The notes under the pieces were generated by a model. The model did not search any database. It was not told where the DNA came from and worked only from the letters and a program-made list of their open reading frames with translations. Below are positions 23,617-36,600 of a stretch of 64,000 nucleotides of DNA, piece after piece (the first letter of the stretch is position 1; every line of letters begins with the position of its first letter). Both the position numbers and the translations under genes were made by a program. This DNA comes from Bugula neritina. Taxonomy: Eukaryota; Animalia; Bryozoa. The stretch lies in NCBI GenBank assembly GCA_964035545.1, contig OZ037765.1, forward strand, positions 23,559,504 through 23,623,503, read 5' to 3'.

Positions 23617-26600
23617 ATGTCTTCAAAAGCCCGATCTACCACTCAACTGCTGAAAGCTCTTCGGCAGTTAATGAGTGACACAAAATATGTTGTGCAGCCT
23701 GTTCATGCCTACATAGTGCCCTCTGGAGATGCCCATTTGGTATGAATGACTACAATATACAATATATTATATACAATATATTAAACCTGCTATTCACATT
23801 ACAGTAGATATATTTTTGAGTGACACTGTATTCGTAGCATAGCATTTTTTAATTTAGTTGTTTGCTCCTTAGTGATTGGCTACTCTTTTGGTATTTACAG
23901 AATGAATACATATCACCTTGTGACTGCCGTAGAGAGTTTATTTCCGGATTTAGTGGAAGTGCAGGTTTGAGGCTGAATTTTAATTTTTACTGTTTGACAC
24001 GTTCAGAAGTGTTCAATATTATTTATACTTACTAGAGTCTGGCTTTCAAAATTTTTAGCACTTTGAACTGGAAATAATTGTGTTTTAGGCATTGCTGTTA
24101 TAACTCAGTCTCAAGCTGCTTTGTGGGTTGATGGAAGATATCATGTGCAAGCTGCTGTCCAAGTAGATGATAATTGGACAATAATGAAAGAAGGTACTTT
24201 TCAACAGAAATATTATTCTCCCAGGTGTATTCATTCAAATAGGCAGTTTACTTGTTAAGTGTTCAAAAACTATATGGATTTGCATGTTTCAGGCATAAAA
24301 GGCACTCCGTCAATACCGGAATGGTTGAGCAAGGCTTTAGAGGAACCTGAGACCAGAGTTGCCGTGGACCCTAGTGTATTACGCCACTGTATGTACTGTA
24401 TAATATGCAATACTTAGTACTACAAAAGTTTTAAATAGTTTCTGAATAGTGATCTTATCTATGGTAACTTATTTTGCTTTAGGAGTTTTTCGTTGTATAA
24501 TAGAAGGCATTCTTAGCTCTGCATCAATACAATATATAAAAGTATATTGTTAGTAAATGCTTGCAAAACATTTTAGCAAGTTGGGTGAATATGGAAAAGG
24601 AATTATCATCACATGGACTCAGTCTGATTGGAGATTCTCGGAATCTTATAGATGAAATATGGGAGGATCAACCAGCTCGTCCTAATAATCCTCTCATGGT
24701 CCTTGGTTTGAATTTCACTGGTTAGTATGTATCAACAACTTCACTTGGTTTGTAAGTTTTCAGAACATGTGTTTATATCGTCATCATTTAGTCTAAAAGC
24801 TAATTTGATTAAAGAAATATTTTACTAACTTTTCTTGCATGCTAAAAGCAAGTCGTCAAAGTTACAGTTCTGTGAGAATATTCTAAGCACCTTTTCACCA
24901 TACAACTAGCTATCTATAATTAACAATTGATCTCTGTTGCAATTGACTTACTCAAAGAGTGTTGAATCAAGCTTTAGTGAAAAGCTTTATACTTTGTAAT
25001 CCAATTAGTCACCGTTTACATTATTACTTTGACATAATTGACTTTACAGATACATGCCTTTTCAAAAGCATTAAGTAAACCTTAATCGAGTCATATGCTG
25101 CTAACAGAAAATTATTTTCTGCATCAGTGTAATTTTCAACTAGTTTTAGTGAAACTATGAAAGAATATTTAGCAGGTTAAACTAGTTGAAGCTCTGCAAT
25201 GGTTTTATAAAACGTATAAATGAACATTTACAGTTGCACATAATGTACTTTTATGCTGTGACCTGTGCTGTATCTGAAGAGCACCTGATGTAATCACCTT
25301 GTGAACAAAAGTTTTTTTCGCCAAGCAATCAAGTTTATGTGAGCATTATATAATGTATTTTAATTTTATGTTTTCAATTATGCAAAATGAGAAAACAAAG
25401 TTTCCACAGTAATTGCAAAAAAAAATTTTGAATAAGCTGCTGTTTTCTGGTATATATGTGCTTGAATTTTTAGGAAAGACATGGAATAGCAAAGTTGTTA
25501 ATATCAGAGAAAAGTTAACGGAAAAGTCAGCTTCTGCCTGTGTATTTACTGCACTGGATGACATTGCTTGTAAGTTTGTAGTACTATTATAACAAAATCA
25601 AATCTTTCTACATTCTAACGTCATTACCAATGTTGTTATTGCTTCATAGTCATTATTTTCAATAATTTTATGAATAACAATAATAATATAATGGTAATAA
25701 ATTTCTAAATTTATCTCTAAATATGTTAGTAAAAATGTGTATCTTATACCTTTTTTAAAGAATACTATTACTATCTACTGATACTGCAATGTAAATCAGT
25801 ACTCTAATTATTGTTAACCTTCGGTGTTACCTTTTGTGACAGAAACACATGCTTTTTCAGGGCTATTAAACCTTCGAGGCTCTGATATACCACTCAATCC
25901 GGTCTTTTACTCGTATGTCATCGTCAGCTTGACAGAAACAAGGTTAGTTGCTTCGGTAATGGGATTTACGTGTTATGTGTGAAAGATTGAAAAATGAAAA
26001 ATTTTAGTGTTGTTTGTGTTAGTTTATTGTGGTTATGCTGAGAAAAAATGTATGTCGGCTCAAGTTTTAGGAGTTGTCTTTCTATTGGTTTGCTCAGTGA
26101 GCTATAGTAACTTCAGAAACGGAAGACAACTCTCAATATATTCATTAACAACGAGTTAAAATTGACATATATTCTATTGGAAATGTTGTGGCTGAATGTA
26201 TTGGGTTGGTTGGGATCTGGCCATGTAGGATGTTAGTTGTGTAGCTTCATTTTCCTCACACATTGAGTTAAAATCTACAGTTGGATTTGATTTTTGCTTT
26301 CCTTCATTGACTTTAACTTTCTAACCATTGATTATCCCCAACTGCAATCCTTATACTTCAACAGTTTCTTGCCTTTTCAATGAGTATTATTGTACTATTT
26401 TATTGGATATGACGTATATAGTGAATTTTCATTCTCTGTAATCTACAAATATGCTTTATTTTTACATGTATAATCCCCCACGTACGTTACCATCACATTA
26501 CTAATCTGTTCAGTCACTATCAGGTTTTATTCTTTTAGCACTTTATGTTACTCTTGAAAGATTAATATAAAAGCACATTGTCAGCAAACTAAAGGTGATA

Positions 26601-29600
26601 GATTATATACATAGTCTTGTTAGTTGTCTACTTGGTTGTTGTACTGTATGCTCTGCTGACTCTACTGTGGTAATCTATGTAATTTCAGATTTTTTGTGGA
26701 TGAAGGAAAGGTAACTTCTGATGTAAAGCAGCACCTTGGAGAAGGTAGTGAAGAGTTTGTCAACATACATCCTTATTCGGAATTTTTTTCGTTTCTTTCT
26801 TCATTTGTTAGCTCCTGCTCCGGGAAAATATGGGTTTGTTGTTTTTCCTTTACTACCCCAAAACCTATAAAATAATTTATATTTATTAAAATTCTCTATT
26901 TGTAGCAAATTTGTTTTCAATATTGTTTTGATAACATTTGTATATATCTGTATTGAATAGCTATGAGCTGTTAAAAATACTACATAATCAGAATAGAAAA
27001 GTTTTTACACCATATTTTCTAATTTATAATATAAAAAAATATTTTGCTCATGTAAATTGATAAACTTGTGTGTATAATGAACTGAAAGAAATTCATTCAA
27101 TTGTTAATTTAATAAATTGAGTAAGCTATTGTTTTTGTTTTTCCCTAATTTTAATATAAAGCTTCAAGCTGTTAAACGCTCACTTTGTTAGCGTGATTTC
27201 CTAAGTGATTGATTTTATGCATTCATTGTTCAAATAAGGAGTTATGTTATCCTTCTCTTTTAAATCAGCGCATCTGTCAACAGTTGCCGCAGCTCCCAAC
27301 TAGTAACTGTACAACAATGAAGTTAAAGAAGCATTACACTTTGATCAGCCTGATGATGTAACTTCATTGTGAAGCATCAGTGTATTAATTTATTCAAAAT
27401 TTACAATTCAAATTCATGCAACATATACTTTGTTTATTTTAGCTGAGTAAATCTTCCAGCCAAAAAATTCACTCTGAAGTACCAGAGGTAATGTATGCAT
27501 AGAATTCTCCTCTCTGTCACATGTTTGTCATGAAAGTGATAGTTCTCATTTTTGATAGGCCTGTGACAGCTGCTACAGATTGAGTTGAAATTTTTTCAAT
27601 GAAAATGCATATTGCTAATTTTTTAGAATAATTTAATGTAGAAATCAAATTCTTTACTATACATTGTTGAATGTTTTGTCAATTCTCCATTGACTGGCAT
27701 TGGTGAGAAGAATGGTTCAAGTATGCATTAGCTAAATTGATTAGGCTTTGTATACCAATTAGTGTTTATTGGTGGTTAGTTAATGGTCAAAGTTTTAATA
27801 GTGGTGATAGAGTGGTGGCTGGTGGTGATATCAACATGTTAGTAGCTACACTGCTTTATGCTCAAGTACTAGGCAATATGGTATGACCAGCTGTAGTATT
27901 AGTAGTACTGTACCAAAGTAATAAGGGGCGTATTGTTATCTCGAAAATCTACAAATAATTTCTGGAAATTTTATTGTTTTCTCAAGTGTATTGGTACTCT
28001 GATATTTTAAATAAATGTAGCTGTTTTGTATAATGAAACTAATAACACGTCTTGAATTAATTTTTGACCAATGTTCTAAAAGTTTGTATTCTTCTGGCAA
28101 TATGTGATATACTATACATTTTGCATATTTATCAATTAGAACAAAAAGTATGTCACAGAAAACTCCGCTGTTTCCATCATGAAAGCTGTGAAAAATGATG
28201 TGGAGATTGAAGGAATGCGGAATGCTCATGTATGTAATAATATATAAACATTATGTTAGTGCAGGTAGATGGCTGTCTAATACATGGGAGCAAATCTACA
28301 GTAGAAAGTGCACATATAGGATGAAGGCTTGCTGTATAAATAAACTAGCTAACTGCTCACACTATTGTTAAATTCCTGAGGTGTTGACAAAACATATCTA
28401 TATCAAAAGTTTTGTCACTTAAAATGTTTTATCTATTTATTCATTGTGACACTGATTGTTGTTCAATATTGATACGGTGTTTTTATAAACATATACATAG
28501 CATATTTTAACACACTAATGCTTCTCTTGCAACTGTATATCTCTATTTGTAGTATAAAGATGCAGTTACACTTTGTGAGTTCTTTTCATGGCTTGAAAAA
28601 GAGGTGAGGTGTTTAATAATGTTTAATAGGTGAAGGATACAAAGGGAGAGATTGTTTGTGGTTTATGCTTCATTATAACAGTCACTGAGATTGTGAATTG
28701 CCTACTGAATGAGATGAATACAGCAAACCACCTGCCTTATTACCTTCTGTTATTTTTATTGAAAGTTTGGATTAGTATAATTTAAAATAGTTTTAATTAG
28801 GCTGAGAGTAGGTGAAACAGAATGCAAATAAGCATAAGGTGTTTAGAGATGACCATTAGTAAATATGACATTGGCATTGTTACTGTTCAAGCAAATAGTA
28901 TTTCAATTTAATCAAATTTTGCTGAATATAATTGGTTAGCAATAGCTTCACTGTATGTAAATGCTCTAATATTATTATGATTATTAATGAAAAGCTAGTG
29001 TCTTGTTCTCTGTTGGCATTGCCTCGAGATTTCAGGTTAGCCATTGTTCAGGCTTGGCTCTATTTCAGGAAAATAAATAGCAAGTTATATTACACTGCTG
29101 CAAGCTATAGATCTAGGCTAATATAAATAATCAGCGGTGACAAAAGTCTGGCCAATTTGGCTGTGAATTCCAAAACAATTGGTACATAATAAAATACAAA
29201 TTATATATGTATTTTGATCTACCATGCCCTTTTAGCCCTTTTAACTTTTTGGTATAGAATTGTTTTGTTCACCATTGTTTGGCTGAGAGGTGAGACAAAA
29301 GATGTCTAATTTTAGCTCTGATCTTATGGCTGAGGTTTTCACTTTGTTAAATTTGTTGTTTAGGTTGTTCATAATAATCTAACAGAAACAGAAGCAGCTA
29401 CTAAACTTGAGCAGATTAAAAGGTATGTTTCTTTGTTACTCGCCTTAATTTATTCTTATCTGAAGTCCACAAAAATTATTATTTTGTAATTGATTAGTTT
29501 ATGTAACAAGGGTACTGCCATGTAATGTTGATACACTGCTGAATGGTATTTGGGGTCTGTGATGTTATGCTAAGATTAAATAATATAGGCTGTCATTCAA

Positions 29601-32600
29601 CTCCCTTTAGCTGATATAGTAATTGCAAGGTAAGTTGAGTCTTTATAGGACTATGTAGATGTGGAAGACCAAGCTTTCACAACTTTCGTCATGGCCGACT
29701 TCAACTCTGTTTGATGTGACCCATAAGACTAATTTAGCAGGCTGGAGCAAATGATAGATTTGAATTGTTTTATTGTAGCGAACAAGAAGATTATATTAGT
29801 CTTAGTTTTGATACAATATCCAGCAGTGGACCGAATGCTGCGATTTGTCACTACAAGTAAGTAGCTGATTGTTTCTCAACTCATTAATGTTTTTAGCATC
29901 TGATTATATAGTAGCGACTGTATGGTTTGAATACTAAAGTTTTTCTCGATTTTGAAGTATCAAGTTTAAGGAGTTTAAATCTGATCACTGTTAGCATTAT
30001 AGATCTTCACACTGCAAACGACAATATGTGGCACTGAAAAAAGGTTCAACATAAGAATTTCTAAGTATTCAGAACTGCGAAGGCTCAATACTATCCTAAA
30101 GTACCAACCGGATTTAAGTCTAGCCGCAGGTGTATGGGAGAAGCATTGAAGTGATGAGAGTTGCTCCAGTTACAACGTGACAGTGTTACAAAGGAGAGTT
30201 AGCCGGTTGCATGCGCTCTTCTGTATTGTCAATATTTTTTACATTATTTTTGTGGTTGGAATATTTTTAGAGCCGTAGCTGGTGAGGACAGAGTCATTGA
30301 CAATACAAGTATTTATCTACTTGACTCTGGAGCACAGTATAGGTGTGTTGGACTCAGCTTTCAATCTCTTCCCAACCACTAATTCACTTCATTGTTACTC
30401 TTGTTTGTAAATCACAAGTTTCTATTTTTCACGATGTTCAAATTTGAAATATATAACTGGGCTAGTACACAACTTATACTTACATGATAAGTGATTTATG
30501 TACTTGTATTGTGTACCATCAATGCCATTTGAAACTTAAAGCCAGAAATGTGTTTTAAAATGCATCATATTTTCATTAGGTATTCCTTAATGCGTTTTTA
30601 AATGTTGAGTTTGACACTGCTATGCCTTACTCATTGTATGGTAATATCTTATGTCATGCAATTATATAGTGGAACTCTGAGTGGAGATGTATAGTCTATA
30701 TACTATAATATAATGTACTTGTAACTCTTGCCACAATTAATCACCCACTTTTGTCTAATGCAGACAGCTGCTATCAATCTGCTTCATTCTTATAATTGTT
30801 ATGAGCAGTCCTACGTGCCTATCCCTTTCTCTCAAAACTCAGCCTCAGTTCTTATTATACTCATTTCAGGGATGGAACTACTGACGTAACCCGAACATTT
30901 CACTTTGGCACTCCAACTGCCTATCAAAGGGTACAGTTCACAGAACTGTCACTAAAGTCACTAAATATTCTGAAATGTCTTAGTTTAAATGTCTTACTTT
31001 GTTATGTATACAAGTACAGTACTTCACCAGGTGTTGGCAGTCTACAGCTAATTCCATGTTGTCTCTTAGGAATGCTACACCAGAGTGCTGAAGGGACATA
31101 TTCAGTTGGCCACAGCTATCTGGCCGAAAGGCACCAAGGGTTGCTCACTAGACTGTCTGGCACGTATGCACCTCTGGTCTGCTGGCCTCGAGTATAAACA
31201 CGGCACAGGCCATGGCGTTGGCTCATTTCTCAATGTACACGAAGGTTTGAAATACATTTCCTGTTTTAAATAAAGTGCAATAGACCCGTAATATATGCTT
31301 CACTTGCTCACCAACCACTCATCTGCTCTCTATAAATGACATCCTAATAGCATTCCCACCATTCTATGCTACAAGTCATTAGGTTTACAAAAAAGGGTTG
31401 CCACTGTTGTGTCTATGCTCATTTATTTCCTGTTTGCTTTCCTACTCAGCAACCCTTAGTGCACTTTTCATATGTTCTCTAAGCCCTTGCCTCAAATAAT
31501 TTACTATTCCTTGACAATTACCAAAGCATTAAAGTATAAGTATCATGTTATTTTACTATAGCAATATAATTTACTATTATGATAGTACTTTTTAATATAT
31601 CTGTAATAAATTATATTTTATTCATTGTCATTTTTCTTAGAGCACACATTAGTTGCTTACAAAAGAAACTTATTATTAGTCTACAGCTGGTTTGCTGTAG
31701 CTGTAGTATTCTTATAAATTCACTGATGGTGCTTACAAGTAGCAAAGTTACATAGCCAAGGTTTCACAGATGTAATGCTGCACATTTACGAGTAGATCAA
31801 AAGCCACCTTGAGTTAACCTTTCCACGTCAAATAGAACCCGTGCAACTGTTTAAGCTAGACTAATTAATTTTCTCATAAAACATTAATCACGAAATTATG
31901 TAATTTATGTACTGTAATATTTAGTGCAATAAGCAATAAATTTAATTTAAACTACTTAAGCTGTAAGAAGTGTAATGGTATCCTGATCAGACCCGGCAGG
32001 AACAGCTGAATGGCATGTTAAGTGCCAACTTCTAGCTATAAAAATAAAAGTAAAACCATTGAACCGTCCTCAAGATGAATATAACTTGTAAGAGACTAGT
32101 TCAACCGCTCAATCTTTTCTCTTTGCTCATTAGCAGCTCATAAATCTTAAGTTTTTATGGTGGAAATTTTAATCCTCTGACCAACCAGCTTAAATGATTT
32201 AGTTAACCATTTTTTGTTGATTATTTTCTGGTTAATAGAAGGTTAATAATTAGTCACTGCTTACTTAGTACAACGGAAGATCTGCTGAGAATGCTTGAAT
32301 GAGTTGGTCACGACTTCTGCTAGGCATTCAAACTGCTTTTTGATGATGCAGTTTCGACGGTTTATGTTTTAATTTACATAAATTTTTTGTGAATGAAAAT
32401 ATTATTTTTGTTAAAAATAGAAATTGTTTCAGATCCTGTTGAAATGTGTATGTTATATGTCATCTGATTTTCCAACTTTACATTAAATTTTGAATACTTC
32501 TTGTTTGAGTATTGGCATAAAACAGTGTGATTTTTAACTAAGTAGTTTGCTGAAACTATAACATGTCATCAACATGCGAAATAGTTGAATCTTCATAAAG

Positions 32601-35570
32601 TAAACCCAATTACAAAATTGTATCTATCACACACTAATTATGGGCATAGCAGCCAATATCCACCTTATCAAGATTGTTTGTAAAATTCTAGTTTATATAT
32701 TATGATAATTCTTTCCCAATCCGCAATAATATTATGTATGTTTCATATGCTTATACTCGTAGGTCCTTGTGCTATTAGTCCAGCTCAAAGATTGGGGGAA
32801 GTGGCTCTGGAATCTGGGATGATAGTTACAGATGGTAAGTTCACTCTCACACATACCCAGCTGTGAATTCTTCACAAAATACAAGATTAAATCGTGTTTT
32901 GTAATCACAGAACTTTTGTTGATGTGATTTATTACCTATTTTATCAGCTACTGAAAAAGCAGGTGTTATGTTAAGAATTTTATACACATGTATTAGCTTG
33001 TTTGAATGTACTATTTAACCAAATCTGAATACATTTACGGATTGCCAATTTTGGTGTAGGCGTAGGCATAAAAGTTTAATAAAATTTTGCAGACAGTTTC
33101 TCAATAAAAAGTTTCTTTGGTTTCGATAGTGTGTTACTTTTATATTTGTTCAACAAAATGGGCTGGTAAATTTTTCCTGTCCGAGCAATATCCAAGGCAT
33201 ACGAATGGCATTTACTGTGTGGTTTTGTAGCGATGTATGCACTAATTTTGTCATATCTTTCAGAACCAGGTTACTATGAAGATGGAAAGTTTGGAATACG
33301 GATTGAAAATTGCATGCTTATAAAAGAAGCAGAGCCCAGCGTATGTTACTAGCGTTATTTCATGCTTTATTTGAAAGCCGTTTATCTATCCAACTATTTT
33401 CATGATTTCAATTTCAAGATTATTCTGTTTATTTTCCACTGAAAAGAACAGTTTTTGTGCTACTTGTTTCATTTTTCAGCCGCCTTTAATTTGTTTACAC
33501 GGTGTTGTATTATCAAGACGCTGGATTCCTTACTAATGACTTTTAGCAAATTCTGTTAGAGCCGTAATTAGAGCAGCTTGGAAAGAAGTTTCTATGTATT
33601 TCAGATCTCATTGAACACAGTATATTTCTCTAATTGTCTGTAACCAGTGTGAGAACTTTTCTCACACTGGTTTTTTACACTTGTTACTGTGTGATTCTTT
33701 TCTCTTGTGCTCATGGTTTCGTATAAAGGCAGATCTTATGTCAGGTGTGCTATCATTTTACTTGCATTTGATGTGACTCAAGTGAATTGTTGTTTAGACA
33801 TAACTAGACTCACAGTAACACCCTGTACATAACTTGAGTCAGCGTGAATACTCAGCATGAATAGTCAGTATGAATAAGTAGTGTCATGGCTCATTTGCAC
33901 CTCACTTACACCTACATATAAGTTCCTGTAATACGTGCATGTTTATGCGTGAAACTTTAATCGCTATTCAAAATTTGATCTCTTGCAAAAACACTGTAAC
34001 AGTAAATGACTTGTGATTGGTGTGTGCATGTTGCACACATCTATGGATTCACTGCTTTACTAAGTCATCCACTTTCAAAATATTATAATTATATGCATGA
34101 CTCTTTTTTCACTATTTTTTCTGTCATTTTAATTTCAGATACAATATTATTCTTATTTTAGTATAATTTTAAAGATATTGGCTTTCTACAAATGGAACCC
34201 ATCACCCTGGTGCCTATTAGTACCAAGATGATAGACCCATCTCTTCTCACTGATAAAGAGGTAGGGGCAAGACGGTTTTCCTTACCCTTTTCTAATAGCT
34301 GTAACTGCTACACTTTATTATATGCTTTGAATATCTATAGTACACTATGGTATAGTAGTTTTTTATTTCTCTGTAATTAAAGCTTTAGTGTTGTAAAACA
34401 TAAAGTATATATCTTTAGTGGTAGGTTCATTCATTGTAATCATTCTCTCATTGCCCGGGTGTATACACTCACTGTAGATGGTTATCTACTCTACACATCT
34501 GTTAGCACATCCGTACAGACAGCACTTAGCTACAGTTATTGTTACAACCTCTTGTATTCTACACTGTATGTGTATAATATTCTTATCTTCTTATACATCC
34601 TTCCGTCTATTCTAGATCAATTAGTGATGGACAGCAGTCGCCTCTGACTAATATACCAATGATATGTTTACAATCTCATTTATCAATTATATCAAAATTG
34701 TAAGAGTTCATGAAAGGAACTACTATTTTGTAGCTTGTAGTTACTTCAACTAAACTTTTCTTTTTTATAATTAGCTGATTTTATTATCCATAATATAAAA
34801 GAATGATATTTAGTGGCATATTAATTTAAGAAAGCAAAAAATAGTTTTCTAAGGTTAATTTTTATGTCTACTGCAAGCTATGCTTTCATTCAATTAAAAA
34901 ATTCTATGTTTTCTGAAGATTCTTTCAGTTTGTATCTTTAAGTCTGTGGTAAGTTGCTTGAGGAATTTTATCAAATAAACTAATAGAACCCTCGTTAAAG
35001 TATATTGTAATGTTACATCATGCTACAATGTAGAATTGCATATCAAGTTTAGTTGTTTAACTGATGCAGGCCCTTTGCTATAAAGTGTGTATAATAATAT
35101 ACCCATCCTACTTTTATTGCACTGATTAAATATAAGCTGCAAACAAGCAAATACATGGTTCTATTGTTATAGGTTATACGACTTTAGTCTGTATTTGATC
35201 AAGTGTACATCACTTGTTCCGGCTGTACATTGAAGTTAATTGGGATTTGCAAAGACTTGCTTACAATTCATTTAGTCATTCAGCTCTTATTTAGAATTTA
35301 TTCCTCTGTTAAGTTTTTGATGTTATTATAGGTCTTGATTTTCTTATAAATTTTTTGTTTTAGAATCATTTAAAACAAGTTTAGCTTAGTTCTATTTCAT
35401 AGTCTCTCAGCCTCATGGTTGTAGTAACTGGTTTATATAAATGATTGCAGGTAGAGTGGCTGAACTCCTATCATAACAGATGTCGGGACTTCATCTCTCC
35501 CCTCCTCCAATCTGCAGGGAAACAACAAGCACTTGATTGGTTACTAAAAGAGACCGAACCTCTTGGCTAA
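23617..35570 (+). CDS. XPNPEP1: Xaa-Pro aminopeptidase 1 (cytosolic aminopeptidase P, M24B), 617 aa, 20 coding exons
   Basis: Exons 23617-23739, 23901-23964, 24089-24193, 24293-24388, 24577-24720, 25474-25569, 25861-25942, 26689-26833, 27443-27487, 28140-28229, 28553-28603, 29364-29422, 29779-29856, 30271-30342, 30870-30930, 31070-31244, 32763-32834, 33264-33340, 34162-34260, 35451-35570 (1854 nt, one frame). Motifs [83 protein letters not shown]; no signal peptide or GPI tail. The ATG directly follows an AG, so an upstream exon probably exists. Confidence 0.97.
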
Positions 35571-35699
35571 AGCTTCCTTTAATTACCAGTGTTGTTTTAT
35601 AAGTTGTTGAATAGTATGCAATTATGGCTACATACAAATATAAAACTATATAAAACTACTTTATTTCTTATTGTCTCTTGAATATTTCTTGTGGAAAGT

Positions 35700-36600
35700 T
35701 TTTGAAGAACACTTCCGAAGATTGTAATTGAAACTGCCAATGTCTTGTTTTTGTACCTTGTTAATAGTCAAGTCCAAAATTATTATCTTAATCCTCTACC
35801 TTCGTCTGTTGTTTTAAGACATTATCACCTCTGCTATAATGGTTTTTACTGTTTTCAGTGCCTGCCACTTTGTCACCTTATCTTGGCCTTCACTGTTCGC
35901 ATTTAAACCTTGAGAGGTGAAGTTGACCAGCCGATGTAAACTGTTAAATCTAGCCTCTGATGAGTTTAGTTATCTCTTCATAATCTTCATGTATACACTT
36001 CTCACATTTGTTCACTGTCAATTGTCGAGATAGAGACTTTACCACCGCAGAGCAGATAACTAAATGGTTTATTATCACCATCAATGACGAAATCGCTGCC
36101 AGGGATATACATTTGCATTTTTAAAACTTTTCCACATGTTTATAGCTTTATAAACTCATTATGCTGCAAGTGACGGCAGACAGGCCTATCTCATATTATC
36201 TAAAGCAGAAAGTTTGGACTCCGAAACAAACTTAGTAATTTTAAAATGCTGCAGAGAGGTTTATTGCCCTGGATTAACATTCAGTATCATAAATGGTCAA
36301 AGCATGCATGTGTTATATTATCGTTGGCGAGGTGCAACATTCACGACATAACTGCCATTTCTACAAGACACCTAACTTTTCACCAGCTTCTTCATACTCT
36401 TGGTCACTAAGTTCAATTACAGTAGCCCATTGAGTAAGATTTGTATTAAAGATTTGTAAAACAGGCCGGACTATTTTGACAACAAGTTTATAGAATTGAA
36501 CGTACATTATAGCCACTTGATTTGTTGTATTAGCCAGTGCTTTAAGCCAGTTCCTTGCTCTATGTCAAACACTTGATAATGGTGATCTTATTCAGCAAGA
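35700..36600 (-). mobile_element. Possible heavily decayed DNA-transposon coding relic
   Basis: Broken minus-strand frames give ICSAVVKSLSRQLTVNKCEKC, reminiscent of the YIxGxVxxxL...CxxC segment of P/THAP9-like transposases. Many stops and frameshifts; no termini found. Confidence 0.2.

Noticed and set aside
27315-27371. ACAATGAAGTTA...TAACTTCATTGT hairpin, SECIS- or miRNA-like
   Set aside because: Intronic rather than in a 3' UTR, no in-frame TGA in XPNPEP1, and the stem is too short for a pre-miRNA.
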